A DNA stretch of 60,801 nucleotides from Thraustochytrium aureum (Eukaryota): positions 52,651 through 113,451 of the forward strand of contig BLSG01000329.1 of assembly GCA_012862495.1 (NCBI GenBank). Direction: 5' to 3'. Below the pieces are notes generated by a model. That model made no database searches, was not told the origin of the DNA, and worked only from the letters and a program-made list of their open reading frames with translations. A program made the position numbers and the translations under genes. Below, piece by piece: positions 46,501-57,947 of this stretch; positions within the stretch are counted from its first letter, which is position 1, and each line of letters opens with the position of its first letter.

Positions 46501-48550
46501 AAGCCCTCCAAGAGAGCTCGGTTTTTCTCGCGTCTCGCGGCGTCCTCGGCTGCGGCAGCAGAGTCCAAGCGGGCTTGCATCGCCTCGGCGTTTGCACGCG
46601 CCACGCGCGCGGCAGCCCTGCTGGCTTCATAATCTTTGTTTTCGTCGGCTGCGCGCTCGACCTCGAATGCCGCTGACGCAGCGCTGACGGTCTCGAGCAC
46701 GTGGTCACGGCGCACGACGGCGCCATCCACGGCCTTGTCCACTTCAGCAGCTGTCGTGACGGCTTCAGACGGGTCCAGGAGGACTGCAGCGACCCGTGGC
46801 GCAGTGCAGGCCCGAAAGGCCGGCCGTGCTGCTTCACAGTCTCGCAAGACGCGCAATAGCGCGCCGCAGCGAACGACCCTCGTCGCGACCTGGTCTGCAG
46901 AAAGCCGCCTGAGGCTGGAACCCAAAAATCGCGGGAGAGCGAGCTGGGGGATAGCTCGCAGCGTGCTCGCCGAGTTTGGGCTAAGTTGAAGCTCGCGAAC
47001 GACCTGGAGCCAGTCCGGGTTGGCGAGCGCGCACTGGAAGAGCTCGCCAGAAAACACCTCGGTCGCGTCAGCGCACTGGAAGAGCCAGGCGTCTAGCAAG
47101 CGAACGACAGCCGTTGCAGCGGCTTCCAGCAGCCGCCGCGGGACGGACGGCGCGTTGACGCCGGAAGTGACTGCCCCGTCGAAGAGTGTCTCAAGGAACG
47201 CGATCGACGAGGCCGTGGAGAAGTTCTCGGGCTGCGCGGGTCGGTTGCCCGGGTCGGGAAGCAGTCGTACAATGGTGTTTGTGTCTCGCTCCAAGTCGGC
47301 GACAAACCTCGCGAAGCGGAGCAGGCTTGGGTTCGGGCCGCAGCTTGCCACATACTGGGACGTGGAGCGCTGGTAGTCGAGGGCAAACTCGGCCAGCAGG
47401 TCTTGCACGACGGGGCCCACCTGCAACCGCGCCAATGCAGCGAAAGGGCTCGCTGCTGCTGCAAGTCTCAGGTAGGCGGTTGCACTCCGCGCAACCGTCT
47501 CCAAGAGGCTGCCCACTGCGCCTTCGCTGAGCGCCGGAACACGGCGGCCCGCTCGAGCGCGGAAAGCCCCTGCGCCGTCGGGCCCCGCATCAAGCCTCTC
47601 AAAGAGCGCGCTCGGAATGCCGAGCAGAGCGAACGCGCAGTCCTTGACGAGCTCGTCAGCGTTTACAGTGGCTAGAGTGGGAAAGTGCCCGAGCTCGCGC
47701 ATCTGCGCCTCGAACNNNNNNNNNNNNNNNNNNNNNNNNNNNNNNNNNNNNNNNNNNNNNNNNNNNNNNNNNNNNNNNNNNNNNNNNNNNNNNNNNNNNN
47801 NNNNNNNNNNNNNNNNNNNNNNNNNNNNNNNNNNNNNNNNNNNNNNNNNNNNNNNNNNNNNNNNNNNNNNNNNNNNNNNNNNNNNNNNNNNNNNNNNNNN
47901 NNNNNNNNNNNNNNNNNNNNNNNNNNNNNNNNNNNNNNNNNNNNNNNNNNNNNNNNNNNNNNNNNNNNNNNNNNNNNNNNNNNNNNNNNNNNNNNNNNNN
48001 NNNNNNNNNNNNNNNNNNNNNNNNNNNNNNNNNNNNNNNNNNNNNNNNNNNNNNNNNNNNNNNNNNNNNNNNNNNNNNNNNNNNNNNNNNNNNNNNNNNN
48101 NNNNNNNNNNNNNNNNNNNNNNNNNNNNNNNNNNNNNNNNNNNNNNNNNNNNNNNNNNNNNNNNNNNNNNNNNNNNNNNNNNNNNNNNNNNNNNNNNNNN
48201 NNNNNNNNNNNNNNNNNNNNNNNNNNNNNNNNNNNNNNNNNNNNNNNNNNNNNNNNNNNNNNNNNNNNNNNNNNNNNNNNNNNNNNNNNNNNNNNNNNNN
48301 NNNNNNNNNNNNNNNNNNNNNNNNNNNNNNNNNNNNNNNNNNNNNNNNNNNNNNNNNNNNNNNNNNNNNNNNNNNNNNNNNNNNNNNNNNNNNNNNNNNN
48401 NNNNNNNNNNNNNNNNNNNNNNNNNNNNNNNNNNNNNNNNNNNNNNNNNNNNNNNNNNNNNNNNNNNNNNNNNNNNNNNNNNNNNNNNNNNNNNNNNNNN
48501 NNNNNNNNNNNNNNCCCGAGTGCGCGGACGCGTTCCCGCGTCTCCTCCAT
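43522..48550 (-). CDS. TUBGCP6: Gamma-tubulin complex component, GCP6-like (Spc97/Spc98 family), with a repeat-rich insert
   Basis: GRIP1-like ELVKDCAFALLGIPSALF...LLDAWLF...PRFL; coiled coil; GRIP2-like LKRFMLMCQGD...YELEWPLGLVV...YERIHRFLL...HRRFV..ALGCCFL...LLVHINFNNFF. Frame breaks at A-runs 44431-44435 and 44237-44240 plus two gaps; the start (48550 or 48569) is uncertain. Confidence 0.82.
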
Positions 48551-48840
48551 CCCGCTGGCGCCTGCCCATGCGCCGGCTCGCCGAGCCGCCGCCACCGGGA
48601 GGCGCGCGCCGGGACGCGTGCGCACTGCTCGCGACGGCCGTACGGCGTCTGCGCGCGCGACACCGCTGCGCGTCTGCTGCTGCGCGAGGGCCGGTTGCGA
48701 GTCTGCCGGTTGCTGGGTTTGCACCGTGTTTGATCGTGCGTTTTTCAATCAACTCAATCAATAGAAAGAAGTGATCGATCGAGTTGGTGGTCGAGCTGAT
48801 GCTCGAGGACATGGAGTGCGCGCGAGTCGCCGGCGCGTGT

Positions 48841-49105
48841 GGGCTTGGCGAAAGCCCATGCCGAGCGCGGAGGCACGGCCAGGCCGCACGAGGCAAGGCA
48901 TCCGGGGTTTGGCGATGTTTTTGCTGCGGGTTTGGTTTTGTTGGAGTTTCGAACTCGAGATTACTTGCTGCTCGAGGACTTGAGCCGCCTCTAGCTAGGC
49001 TTGTGAGGCTTGGCGAATGCCCATGCCGAGCGCGGAGGCACGGCCAGGTCGCGCGAGGCAAGGCGTCCGGGGTTTGGCGATGTTTTTTGCTGCGGTTTGG
49101 TTTTG
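48841..49105. repeat. About 100-bp imperfect direct repeat, two copies
   Basis: ggcttggcgaa.gcccatgccgagcgcggaggcacggccagg...tttggttttg at about 48842-48940 and 49007-49105. Confidence 0.85.
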
Positions 49106-49106
49106 A

Positions 49107-49634
49107 TCATGTTGGGGCAACAGAGGCTTTGCCGTCGGGCCTGGCCGATACTCCTGCCAGCGGCGGCCGCGGGCTCACACGAAGGGCAATCGGCGCTTGC
49201 GGGACTTGGTGCGTCGGTGGGCTGCTGCTGTGCCCGGCGCGCATGTTGTCGTTCGCGCGCATGTTGTCGTTCTCGTTGTCGCTAGTGCCGCAGTCGTCGA
49301 GCCAGGTCGCGCTGTCGGAGTAGAGAATCGAGGCCGCGGTTGAGCGGTCCGCCAGGCTCCAAGCAGGCAGTTCGCTCGGGTCATCTTCGGGTGGGGCGCC
49401 GCTGCGCGCCGTTGCGAATGCGCCAGCGTTGAAAACAGGCAAGAGAGGGATGAGGCTCCCGTCCTGGCGTCCGCGCCGCGGCGGCACCGGTTGACGCGTC
49501 GCCTTTTCTGCGTGTCGCGACGCGAGGCTGGGGACGTTGCTTGCCGCAAAGCTGTTCTCGTCACTCGTGTCCAAACCAGGCTCAGGCTGGCGTACCGGCG
49601 TGCTAATGAGGCGCTCAGGGAGGTTGTCGTCCAC
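49107..49634 (-). CDS. Possible low-complexity hypothetical protein
   Basis: 175-aa ORF (DDNLPERLISTPVRQPEPGLDTSDENSF...); no domain recognised, and it may continue through the adjacent repeat. Confidence 0.3.
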   Translation of the reverse strand: MDDNLPERLISTPVRQPEPGLDTSDENSFAASNVPSLASRHAEKATRQPVPPRRGRQDGSLIPLLPVFNAGAFATARSGAPPEDDPSELPAWSLADRSTAASILYSDSATWLDDCGTSDNENDNMRANDNMRAGHSSSPPTHQVPQAPIALRVSPRPPLAGVSARPDGKASVAPT

Positions 49635-50181
49635 ATATGCAGGAACGGTTTTGCTGGGTTTGCCCGTCCTAATCTCAGCGAGTCGTGCCTTGTGCCTAGC
49701 CTGCTGTCTCGCGCGCTGTCTCGCGCGCGCCGCACCTCGTCAGCCGTTTCCCGGACATTGCACGCAAAACTTCAGAGCCTATCACGGGGCGATCTTCACC
49801 CGCCGAACACGTACCTCGCGCTTCGCCGTCGCGCTTCCACTCGAGTACAAGTACGCGTTGAACAGCATCGCCTGGTCTTGCCGCCACGGCCCGGCCGGCC
49901 GGCCAGCCAGCAGCAGGCACTGCTGGCTGCCCGACGACCAATTCAAACGAATCCCTCCGTCTCGATCCACTATATAACGCTCTAATGCCCACTACCAAAT
50001 AATTACGTACTATTTTATGACATAGTAAATCCATAGAAAACTATTTCCCATAAATAAATGGTTTTGAAACTGAATGGGTCGCGCCCAATTCGAAAGTGCC
50101 CACCAGCAAGCAAGCTGCGGCAGGCGCCGCCCAGACGCAAGCGCAGCAGAGGCCGCCCAGGCGCAAGCAAGCAGCAGGCCT

Positions 50182-50387
50182 CCAACGCGAGCACACCCCC
50201 AACGCAATCAAGCAGCAGGCACCGCACCCAACGCGAGCGGACAGACGCCCAACGCGATCACACCCAAACACCAGCAGACCCCCATCGCGAGCAGACCCCC
50301 AACGCGAGCAGACTCCCAACGCGAGCACACCCCCAACGCAAGCAAGCAGCAGGCACCGCACCCAACGCGAGCGGACAGACGCCCAAC
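50182..50387. repeat. Modular CCAACGC-based minisatellite running into a gap
   Basis: A block of about 70 bp (ccaacgcgagcacacccccaacgcaa.caagcagcaggcaccgcacccaacgcgagcggacagacgcccaac) at 50182 recurs at 50316, with further CCAACGC modules in between. Confidence 0.85.
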
Positions 50388-50807
50388 NNNNNNNNNNNNN
50401 NNNNNNNNNNNNNNNNNNNNNNNNNNNNNNNNNNNNNNNNNNNNNNNNNNNNNNNNNNNNNNNNNNNNNNNNNNNNNNNNNNNNNNNNNNNNNNNNNNNN
50501 NNNNNNNNNNNNNNNNNNNNNNNNNNNNNNNNNNNNNNNNNNNNNNNNNNNNNNNNNNNNNNNNNNNNNNNNNNNNNNNNNNNNNNNNNNNNNNNNNNNN
50601 NNNNNNNNNNNNNNNNNNNNNNNNNNNNNNNNNNNNNNNNNNNNNNNNNNNNNNNNNNNNNNNNNNNNNNNNNNNNNNNNNNNNNNNNNNNNNNNNNNNN
50701 NNNNNNNNNNNNNNNNNNNNNNNNNNNNNNNNNNNNNNNNNNNNNNNNNNNNNNNNNNNNNNNNNNNNNNNNNNNNNNNNNNNNNNNNNNNNNNNNNNNN
50801 NNNNNNN

Positions 50808-51891
50808 TGGAAGGAGACGCAGGTCAATCGAAGGCTGAGAGCGCGACTGACCAGGCGCGGGCGCAGGAGGCCGGCTTGGAGCCGGTTGCCGAGAACCTCG
50901 GGATCATGAAAGATGGCAAAATCCCCGCGCTTGAAGAGTTTGGTACGTAAACTGCTGTCGCGCGATATCTCTGCGCTTGATCGGATCAGATCTAACACGC
51001 GGGACGGCAAACGGCACAGCCAAGGTCCCGGCCACAGGCCTGGCGCAAATTCGCAACCGCGAGAAGCGCCCCGCCGAAATTGCGATGCGAACGAGTACAG
51101 AGCGAGACGTGGCGTCAAGGCTAGTGAGCACGACCGGACTCGGCGCGAAGCGGCGCCGCTGGGACCAGAGTGAAAGCGCCAGCGGTGCAGACCACGATGC
51201 GGGCGAGCCGATCCAACGGCCCATCCAAAACCTGAGCCTTCGCGTGATCAGAGTGCTCGAAGCGAAAAAGACACCGACGACAACAGGAGAGCTCCAATCT
51301 GAGATCATCGACGCGCTCGCGAAAGCCAGCGGTCCGTTGTGCGAGCCGGAGCTGGAATCGCGGACCGAAGAGATCCGGCGTCGGGTCAAAGACACGGTAA
51401 ACGTCCTGGTGGCCATGGACCTGATCGAGCGCGACGATCGCGGGAGCCTGACATGGCGCGGGCTCCCGGCCAACGCGCCACGCGACCTGAGCATGATGCA
51501 GCGGGAGCGCGCAACGCTGATGGAAAGCATCACGGCAAAGAGCAAGCACCTGCAGGAGCTGCTGCTCCAGAGCGTCTCCCTCAAGAACCTGGCTGAGCGC
51601 AACAAGGCTCGCGGCGAGGATGTGCCCGAGGACCAGCGCATTCCGCTCCCCTTCATAGTCGTGAGCACGAGCAAAGACACTGTGATAGAGTGCGAGATGG
51701 CCGAGAACCAGACGGACATATTCTTCAACTTCAACCGCCCGTTTGAGATTCACGACGACAGCGACATCCTCCGCCGCATGCACTTGCAGAAAGCGAGTCG
51801 CAAGTTCCTCGAGACCTTTTTGCCGCGCGAGCTGCTCCCGTTTGTGCCGGCCGAGGTGCTGAGCGACGGGGCCAAGAGCAGCGGGCCATGA
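50808..51891 (+). CDS. DP: E2F dimerisation partner (DP) transcription factor; 5' end in a gap, one intron
   Basis: Winged helix IRRRVKDTVNVLVAMDLIE...TWRGLP; DP domain LQELLLQ...KNLAERN...IPLPFIVV.T...IECEM...FNFNRPFEIHDD; GT-AG intron 50943-51019. Confidence 0.9.
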
Positions 51892-52350
51892 GCGGCGGCG
51901 CCGGCACCATTGAAGGGGCCAGCGTAGATGAGCGCTGCCTTGGGACGTTCGGGCAGTAACCCCTTTTGAAATCTTCTTGAACATTCCATTGAAATCCTCC
52001 ATGGTGTTTGAAAGGGTCTCCGCAGAAAGGGGACATCGCTGCGTGCAATAGAAGCCGCGTGCCGTAGAGCCCCCAGACCAGTCCCGAAGAAACCGGAGTT
52101 CCGGACTCGCACCCAAAAAGTCTGAGCAGCTGGCGAAGATGCTGACGAATGATGGCTCTCCCTCGAAAAGAAAATCCATCACGAAAACGATCGAAGAAGA
52201 CAAAGAAGGAGAAGGAGAAAAGAGATGTAGCGTCTGTTCTACTTTCTGGGCAGCCTTGGCGCGCGTGCCAGTTCAGTCGTACAAGGGGTGGGGGCGCGGT
52301 GGCGGCGGTGAGAGCGCAGGGAAGCGAGAAGGCACCAGGGCCCTGTCCGC

Positions 52351-53342
52351 TCAAGCAGACCACTTGACAATCAAGATGATCGTAAAGATAATGATCAAGA
52401 GCACCAGAAAGGCGATGCACTTGAGCGGCCGCGTGCTCTTCGAGTACTTTTCCGCCTTCTCCAGCTCCTTGACGCCCTTTTCGGTCTGCATCACAACGTT
52501 CTCCATATTGTAGTCGATGCGGTCCAGCACGGTGCCCTGGTCGATGACGAGCACGGCCTGTGGCGGGCGATTGCCAAAACAGTGGTTAGCATTCTGCGAG
52601 GCGCAACCGACTTGCCGCCGCCGCCCCTCGCAAGGGTGCGCGTGCACCGCGCGCCGCATTGCGGCGGAAACCAACTTACGAGTTCCTTGAAGATGGTGGC
52701 CAGCTCATTGATGCTCGTGGCGATCTTTTGAATCTCTTGGTCGCGCTCCTCCACGTTGCTTTCTGCTAGCTCGAGCATCACGGCCTGCTCGTCCGTGAAG
52801 CCGCCGACCTGGATGTTCTGCGCCTCGGGGTCGGGGCCCAGGAGACCGTCTAGGTCGCCGCCGCCGCCCTTTTGCGACTTGAGCCGCGCCAAGTACTCCT
52901 TTTGCGACTTGCGGAACGACATGGACAGGTGCTGGAGCTGCGAGGCGAGCTGGCGCTGGATGTTTTTCCGGACGACGACGTCGCCGCCCTGCTCGCCGGC
53001 GCGCGCTGCAATGCGCTGCGTGAGCTTGCGCTCGGCCTCGCGAAACTTGTCTGTGATCTGCTTTGTGAGAATGTCGATCTCGCGGTCCTGCGCGCCCTCG
53101 GTCTCATCGAAGCGCACGAGGAGGCGGTTTTTGTGCGCTTGGTGCAACTTGTCCACCTTCTGCTCAATTTGCTTTGTAATCGCGTTGATCTCCTCCACGC
53201 TCTCGACCCAGTGCGGCGGAAGGGTGTGCATCAGCTCGTTCGTGGCATCGTTCGGGCCAGCCCCAAACCCGCGAGGCCGTCGCCGGTCATTAAACCCTTC
53301 GCGCAGCTGCTTAAACTTGCGCGTCAAGTTTCGCGTGGCCAT
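52351..53342 (-). CDS. STX16: Syntaxin-16/Tlg2 Qa-SNARE (one intron)
   Basis: N-peptide MATRNLT..F, LPPHWVE, and SNARE motif SINELATIFKEL|AVLVIDQGTVLDRIDYN with intron 52558-52679; C-terminal transmembrane helix. Confidence 0.95.
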
Positions 53343-54064
53343 CGCGCCGTTCCGTGCGCTCCCGCCGCAGCTCCAGCCGCCTCGCCCTGCACTTCGTCCG
53401 CGGCGCGCCCTCGCGGAGCCTCGGCAGCCCCAGCAAGCAGCCTTCTGCGGGCCAAGCGAGCCCGGGCCGGCGAAGGGAGCGAGGCACGTCCCAGGCGCGG
53501 CACTCCAAGCTCCACACCGCCGCCGAGCCAAGAAGCGCGAGAATCCGCGAGCCCGCGCCGCGCGCCACACCAGCGCGATCCAGCAGCAACCGACCCGCCG
53601 CCGGCCCCTGCCTCCGCTGCTCGTACCGCGACTGCCGCGCCCCGTGTTCGTTCGACCGCGTCCTGCTGCTGCCTTGCCCCTCATCGCCGCCGACCATTCC
53701 CTTGTTCTTTAAAAGAACAGCTCGTTGTACATGAGCACTTCTTCTGTTCTTTTCAGTGCCACGAGGATAAGTCGAGGAGAGACGAAAACAAAGAAAAGAA
53801 GCTCCTTTGATCATGAATTATTCTTTGTTCTTCATCGGCCAAGAGGATAATACGAGGATAAGTTGTGCAGAGCGGATTTTCTTCCGAGTTGGGCAGCGCA
53901 GAGTTGAATTGGCGACGGGACGCGCGACGCGGCGGCGGCGCTTGTGGCGATGGTGAGTGCGGTGGTGTGGAGCGTATGCGGCGGGCGGCCGTGTTTAAGG
54001 GCTTGCGGTCGGAGGACTGAGGATTGGGGACGCTGATGGAATGAATGAATGGACGATGGAGTGA

Positions 54065-54599
54065 ATGGACGCGCAGATTCAGTTTTTGGTCGTGCAGAAT
54101 ATGCAGGGCCGGACGCGGCTCGCGAAGTGGTACATGGCCTGCGAGGACGCTCGCAAGCACCAGATTGAGGCCGAGGTGCACCGGTTGGTTACTACGAGGG
54201 ATCCCTCGTTTACCAACTTTGTGGAGGCAAGTTTGGGCCGCAGGGTTGGCGGCGACGCGGCCTGCCGACCTGGGCTGACGAACGCTTGGCGTCGCGGCGC
54301 AGTTTAACGTGGGCAAGCAGACGTTCAAGCTGGTATACAGAAAGTACGCAGCCCTTTTCTTTGTGCTTTGCGTTGATGCGCACGAAAACGAGCTCTCGTT
54401 TTTCGAGTCCATCCAGATCTTTGTCGAAACGCTAGACGCGTACTTTGGGAGCGTTTGCGAGCTTGATCTCGTGTTCAACTTTAGCACAGTCTACGCTTTG
54501 CTTGACGAGTTCATTATCGGTGGAGAGGTGCAAGAGGTGTGGACGAGCCGCATTGTAGCGCGGATCCACGACAATGAGAAAGCAGAAGATGCGAAGTGA
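54065..54599 (+). CDS. AP2S1: Clathrin adaptor small chain, AP-2 sigma-like (one GC-AG intron)
   Basis: QNMQGRTRLAKWY...EVHRLVTTRDPSFTNFVE|FN...VYRKYAALFF...FVETLDAYFGSVCELDLVFNF. Confidence 0.88.
54227..54302 (+). other. GC-AG spliceosomal intron
   Basis: GAG|GCAAGT donor, GCTGAC branch-like site, GCAG| acceptor; removal joins TNFVE to FN in frame. Confidence 0.8.
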
Positions 54600-54972
54600 G
54601 CGAGGGCCAGGCGTGCCGCGTCCCCGGCAACGCGATCCGCACGCTGCGCGCATAGGCGCTGCACTATTGGTCAGCAACATTCAGATGTCTGCATACATAC
54701 GCGAGTTGAGTGAATACCTATCTTTCGTTCTTTTGGAATCAGCAAGCGAAGCGAGGCAAAGTGAGGGACCCGAGCCGAGTCCGGAACGCCGCAGGCTGCT
54801 GCGCAGCGCCCGGTGCGATCTCGCTCCCTTTTCTGCGCTCAAATGTGTCACCTCGCCCCGCCCTGCATCGGTGTAAATAGTGCAAGAGCGTTCGAACTGT
54901 TAGCTGGCTTCCACAGTTTACACACCTTCGTTCCAGCGCGCAGCAGCAGTCTCTCAGGCAATCGGGCACCCA

Positions 54973-56247
54973 GTGTCTCGCCAAAGCCCGACGGCGTGCG
55001 CTCCTCGTTCGCGTCGCGCTGAAGGCAAGTTGCTCGCACGCGAGCGTTCCGCGCTGCGCAACAGGACGGGCAGAGGTGTGGACCAAGAGGCGCTCGAAAT
55101 GGTTGAGCGGCTCAACGCCACTGCACTTGAGGAGGGCGATTGGTGCGCCCCGCTCCGCGCGCCCTGCTTGGAGACGCTTCAAAAGGAGCTGAGCGAAACC
55201 GAGCTCTGTACTGTGGAGGGGCTTGTTGCCCTCGAAGACTGCGTGTCTTTGTCCGCGCGTCCGGATAGCGAGCTCGAGTACAGGTACACCGACGGCGTGC
55301 GCAACGAGGCCTGCAGGCTGCAGCTGGCAGACCAATGCAGCTATGGGTTCCAGTCGCTCGGCTGCAGCGTCCTCGTCAACATCTCGTCCTCGGGCGAGCT
55401 GTGCAGTGACGCCTTTCACAGCAGCTTTTCAGTCTTCGAAGGCGTCCTCGTCGCTGCTGGCGTTGCGTTTTCTGGTCTGGTCCTTGCGGCAGCGTGGCGT
55501 GCTAGCCCAGAACGCCGCCAGGAGGTTCGGGAAAGGTTTATCAAGGATGTCTTGGGGGTATTCGTAGCCTTCAGCATGCCTGGTGGAATCCTCGGCTTTA
55601 TTTTGTATTCGCGCACGATGAGCGGGCTGTACGTCGACTTTTTCTCGTTCGGTACACTATACGCCAACCCGACTGGCCTGATTGGCTGGGGAAGCGGCAT
55701 GCTGGTTGGGGGCGCACTGATCACGCTGGTGCTTCCGCTCAACATCCTGCTGGTGTTCTTGTATTGGAACTTTCTCAAGTTTGCGCCGACCACTCCGCCA
55801 AAACGGCTCTGCAATGCGCTCGGGGTGGCCTTCGTCGTTGGCTCCGTTGTTGCGACCGGTGCCTTGTGCGCGGCGTCGATCGCTAGCGAGTCAACGCGCG
55901 GGGAGCCTGCGACGATACCGTACCCGGTGGCGGCTCGCGTGCTTGGGCGCGTGCTCGTGTTCGCTATGCTGACGATTTCCATGTGTGGCGCAGCTATCCT
56001 GCTCAGCATCTTGTACCTCGCGCTCGGTGGGGCTGTGCGCTACATTCTCTACGGCTCTGCTGCCCCGGCATCCGGGTCTTGGGGGTCGAGACGCACCCGC
56101 CGCCGCCGCATCGACTTGAACGTCCAATTGAACATGCCATCGGCCGAAAGCAATCAAGTCCCGACGGCTATTCCAGTCGCCAAATACGTACCTGCTTCAG
56201 ACCCCTACCAAGAGTTCGACGAGGACGACAAGAGGCTGGAGCCGTGA
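54973..56247 (+). CDS. Hypothetical multi-pass membrane protein with a Cys-rich N-terminal region
   Basis: Long ORF with several Cys residues followed by about 5-6 hydrophobic helices; the start is uncertain and may extend towards 54685 through frameshifts. Confidence 0.65.
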   Translation: MSRQSPTACAPRSRRAEGKLLARERSALRNRTGRGVDQEALEMVERLNATALEEGDWCAPLRAPCLETLQKELSETELCTVEGLVALEDCVSLSARPDSELEYRYTDGVRNEACRLQLADQCSYGFQSLGCSVLVNISSSGELCSDAFHSSFSVFEGVLVAAGVAFSGLVLAAAWRASPERRQEVRERFIKDVLGVFVAFSMPGGILGFILYSRTMSGLYVDFFSFGTLYANPTGLIGWGSGMLVGGALITLVLPLNILLVFLYWNFLKFAPTTPPKRLCNALGVAFVVGSVVATGALCAASIASESTRGEPATIPYPVAARVLGRVLVFAMLTISMCGAAILLSILYLALGGAVRYILYGSAAPASGSWGSRRTRRRRIDLNVQLNMPSAESNQVPTAIPVAKYVPASDPYQEFDEDDKRLEP

Positions 56248-57947
56248 AGCCACCGGCCGTTTGCCCTGGATTCTCGTCGTGGCAGCCCGCTTCGGGACCG
56301 TCAGTCTCCTTGGTCAACAAGCCGTCGCGAAACCACCGGTAGGGGCCCGTCAGCCAGCCAGCCAGCCAGCCAGCCCGCCAGCCAGCCCGCCAGCGCGATT
56401 GCACTTGCCCTGTTTCGACNNNNNNNNNNNNNNNNNNNNNNNNNNNNNNNNNNNNNNNNNNNNNNNNNNNNNNNNNNNNNNNNNNNNNNNNNNNNNNNNN
56501 NNNNNNNNNNNNNNNNNNNNNNNNNNNNNNNNNNNNNNNNNNNNNACCACGTGCCGCTCGCAGACTATCTTTCTGACGATAGAAGGACGTCAAGCAACGC
56601 ACAGAATGCCGCACGTGCCGCTTCCGCAGCGCGCCTCCACGCACCCTTTCCATCGCCACGACGCAATGTGGCCCACGACCCTGCATTCGCCAGAATGCCA
56701 GCCCAGACGCACCGCCTCCCACAAGAACCAGCGACAACCGTAATAGAAATGATAATTCCCACCTGTGTCTTGTATTAGAAGCAGCAGCAGGTACACTTTT
56801 GGTGCTCGATGAGCGCCCATGTCACGCAGCAAGACTCGACGATGACGTCGGCGCAGCAGGGCGCTCACGCAAGGCGCAGCCACGGCAGCACGGCGTGCAC
56901 GAGAAGCTCCTCCGCCTTGGGACTGGCTTGCCGCCAAGCTGCTGTGCTCCGTCCTCCTGCTCCATGCGAACATCCTGTTGGCCATCCTTCACGGTGATCT
57001 TCATCACTTTGTCGGACTTGCTGCAGCCTCGACGGAGGTTGCGGTTGTTGTTGTTGGTGGTGGTGGTGGTGATGATGATGATGAATGGAAGCCAACGAGC
57101 CGCTTGAACCTTGCTTGATTGAACTGTGGAGGACGCGACGGAGAGCCAGGCCGGTGGCACAGGCTGCGCGAGAACACAAAACCAAACGTGTCCCGCTTCA
57201 ACTGGCTTCGACCACCGACCGAGCCCGTGCGGTGCCTCCAGCCGCAGCCCGACACTTGTTGAGGGCTGTGCGAGGCGGCGGCGCGAATGAGCGAGGAAGC
57301 AGCGATCCCATTGTCGACGTCCAGTGGACGGACAAGCTGGTTGGATGCGCCCATGCCCTGCTCCGTAATCGGAGACGAAACCTCAACCCTGCCCGGATGA
57401 GCTGGGAACGGCCGGGCGTGAGTGGGCCCAAGGATCTCCTTCGAAAAGGTCTGATGGCCCACGAAAGAAATGCCGCGTAGCGTAGTCACTTGCTCGCTGG
57501 AGACAAGAAAGTTGTGTTGCGGCGCTGCCAGCAAGTTGCTCGTACTTACCGCCGCCCCCGCCTTTAAACCAAAAGCCGCATTGTGCCGCTTGAGGCCAGC
57601 CGAGAAGCGTTTGGGTTTGGGTGGCTCACACGAGCAAACACGAATCGCCCTTCTGCTTCATGCGCTTGGACCCGCGAGTCGCACCTTTTCGCGAGCCGCA
57701 CCTTTTCGCGAGCTTTGAGGAGAGCGGCAAACCCCCATCAACAGACGCGTCGCGCTGCGCCCCGCCGTTTCCCTGCAGCTCGCTCTCTCGCGGGAGGGCT
57801 GGAGTGCCTCTAGCTCGCTGTCTTCTCTCCACAGCGAGCGCGGCCCGATACAAGCAGCTGTCACGTTGAGCAGCGCTGCAGGAACCGGTGGTGCGCCTGG
57901 CCGCCTACAGCCGCGCGCGCCAAGCGCCAGCCATAGGAGCGAGCGAG

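Noticed and set aside
51892..52250. Coding-like Lys/Glu-rich sequence after the DP stop codon
   Set aside because: No consistent frame. It could be a frameshifted DP tail or UTR, but cannot be supported as a separate gene.
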